Source: Pseudogymnoascus verrucosus | Taxonomy: Eukaryota | Direction: 5' to 3' (one strand) | Length of the DNA stretch: 64,000 nucleotides | NCBI GenBank assembly: GCA_001662655.1 | Contig: KV460217.1 | Part shown: piece after piece, positions 62,001 through 64,000 of the stretch | Layout: each line of letters opens with the position of its first letter | Position numbering within the stretch: the stretch's first letter is position 1 | Notes under the pieces: model-generated | Seen by the model: the letters and a program-made list of their open reading frames with translations, nothing else | Told to the model about the DNA's origin: nothing | Databases searched by the model: none | Made by a program: the position numbers and the translations under genes

Positions 62001-64000
62001 AGCTGCCGATGTATGGTGCGCCGTTGAAGGTTCATCAGAGCGATCTGCCTACTTCGGAGGTTGACCCTGATGCCTCGTGGAGGAAGCCATATCTACCACT
62101 CAGCAAGTATATTGAGGGTAAGATTCGCTTCACTGACGAGCCGCCACCACGCAAGAAGAGCCGATACGAGTATGCTGAGGAGTCGGATGATGAGGACGAG
62201 GTAGTCTTTGGGGAGCGCACGCAGCGAAAGCCACAGGAGCCGTTACAAGTTGATGTTGCGCTGTTTAATCCGGAGAACAAGCATATTAGGGATCGGATTC
62301 ACGCCGGCCACCAGTTTAGGCCTCCGTCGGAGTTCCCAATGCCCCTACAGAGCTTCTTTGAGAATAGACATCCGTCGCAGTGGACGTGGGCTGAGGATGA
62401 TGAGCTGAAGCAGCTTGTGAGGGAGTATCAATACAACTGGTCTCTCATCTCGAGTATGTTAACGTCAAAGGGCGTTTACTACACAGCCGCCGAGCGTCGC
62501 ACCCCATGGGAGTGCTTCGAGCGCTGGATCCACCTCGAAGGCCTCCCCGCCGACATGCAAAAGACCCACTACTTCCGCGCCTACAACAGCCGCCTCGAAG
62601 CAGCCCAGCGCTCCCTCCTCCTCCAGATCCAAGCCCAAGCCGCGCAACCCCCACCGGCCGTCGGCTCTGCCCCGCCCCGCCAGATCCGCCGCTCCACGAC
62701 GAGCGTGCGCGTCGAGCGCCGCCGCAACCAGAAGCACCTCACCCTCGTGGACTCGATGCGCAAGGTGGCCAAGAAGCGCGAGACGACGGCGCAGAAGCAG
62801 CAGCAGGCGCAGAGCTTGGCGAATATGCGCAAGGCGAACGATACGCCGGTGCAGCCGATTAATAAGCATACCCCGGCGCAGTTTAGTAAGATTAAGCATG
62901 ATAGGGAGCAGGCGATCTTGGAGCAGAAGGCGAGGTTGGTCCAGCAGCAGGAGGCTCATAGGAGGGTATGTTGACCATTCTCTTTGTTTCTTCTATCGTT
63001 AAAAACATTGGTTGCGATGAATCTTCTTTGATCAAAAACTAACACACTACAGGCGCAAGTAATAGCACTCAGAAACCAGCAGCCAAACATGCAAATGGGC
63101 TACCCCGCCGGCCAAAACCAACAACAGCGCGGAAACCCTAACATGAACGCGCCCCCACCCCCAAACATGGGCGGCAACAACAACCCCCAAAACCGCCCCG
63201 CCAACCTCTCCGTGCCAGGCCAGCACCACCCGCAACAACAACAGCAGCAGCAACAGGGTATGCAACAACTTCCCAACGGCATGGGCGCACCCGGGATGCC
63301 AATGCCAAATCTGCACCCCGGTATGGGCGGTCCAATGCCACTCAAGGGCGTCCCGCAACAGGCACAGATGGGAATGCAAGGGATGCCCATGGGCCCCGCG
63401 CACCGCCTCCCGGCACCGAACGCGACACCCGATCTTAGTCTCGTCATGCAGGCGCAGAGGATCTCGCAGCAGCAGCGCGCGGCGGTGCAGATGCAGCAGC
63501 ATCAGGGGGGTGGGGGGGTGCAGACTATGCATTCTTCCCCGCCGAATGCGATTCGCGGTTTGCCTAATATGGGAGGGGTGCCAGGCCAGCAACAGCAGGG
63601 TTTCATGCCTACGAACGGCATGTCCCCCAACCCCATGCAGCAGCAGCAGCAACAACAGCATTTCGCCGGCTCACCACCCAACTCCGCCGCCGGCGTAGCG
63701 GGACTCCAGGGCTCACCACGCCTCAACCCCCAATACGCACAGCTGGAAGCGTCGTACCGCGCCAAGTTTCCCACCGCGACGCCGGAGCAGGTCCGCAAGA
63801 TGGTCGCGGATGCGCTGGGGAATGCGCAGAGGCAGGCGGCTATGCATGCTGCGGCCGGTGGGGGGGTGCAGGGGATGCAGGGCAGCTCGCCGGTGCAGTA
63901 TGCGCAGATGCTGAGGGCGCAGCAGGAGAGGCAGGCGGCGGCTGTGGCGGCGCAGGGGATGCAGAATCAAGGACAAGGAGGACAGCAGGGGCAAGGTCAA
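59027..64000 (+). CDS. EAF1: NuA4 scaffold subunit Eaf1/Vid21 (HSA + SANT, Q-rich tail); 3' end runs off the window
   Basis: SRKRKLRELY, KWSLRQPKRSPEP..THWDELLKEARWMRTDFREERKWK (HSA) and WTWAEDDELKQLV..YNWSLIS..RRTPWECFERW (SANT). Introns 59092-59223, 59383-59463 and 62967-63051. Confidence 0.95.

Overview
Gene-dense eukaryotic DNA from a filamentous ascomycete. Short GT..AG introns with CTAAC-type branch points are seen throughout; a Leotiomycete origin is my inference, not shown. The window holds about 27 mostly housekeeping genes: VHC1 (partial), AVT3, YTM1, a WRN/EXD2-type exonuclease, LSM5, RPB11, a nitronate monooxygenase, RAD16/RAD7 head-to-head, ZW10/DSL1, SPP2, a CSI2-like membrane protein, FCF1, a VOA1/Ac45-like gene, RRP17, tropomyosin, a probable securin, MAK11, TRM112, SET1, an INSIG protein, mitochondrial MetRS, a Ser/Thr dehydratase and EAF1 (partial). 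It also has an intron-containing tRNA-Ser(CGA) and a DUF7730-like pseudogene. No intact transposon or CRISPR array is present. The most unusual observations are: (1) an unknown spliced ORF overlapping LSM5, whose stop codon is created by splicing LSM5 intron 1; (2) recurring strand-symmetric C-rich then G-rich blocks across genes and introns; (3) a roughly 2.5 kb GC-rich island with a repeat-built orphan gene and a hairpin-bearing 41/56-bp tandem array; (4) 16 consecutive genes in strictly alternating orientation; (5) four exact 15-bp repeats upstream of the serine dehydratase. All gene names come from recognising motifs by eye; no database search was run.
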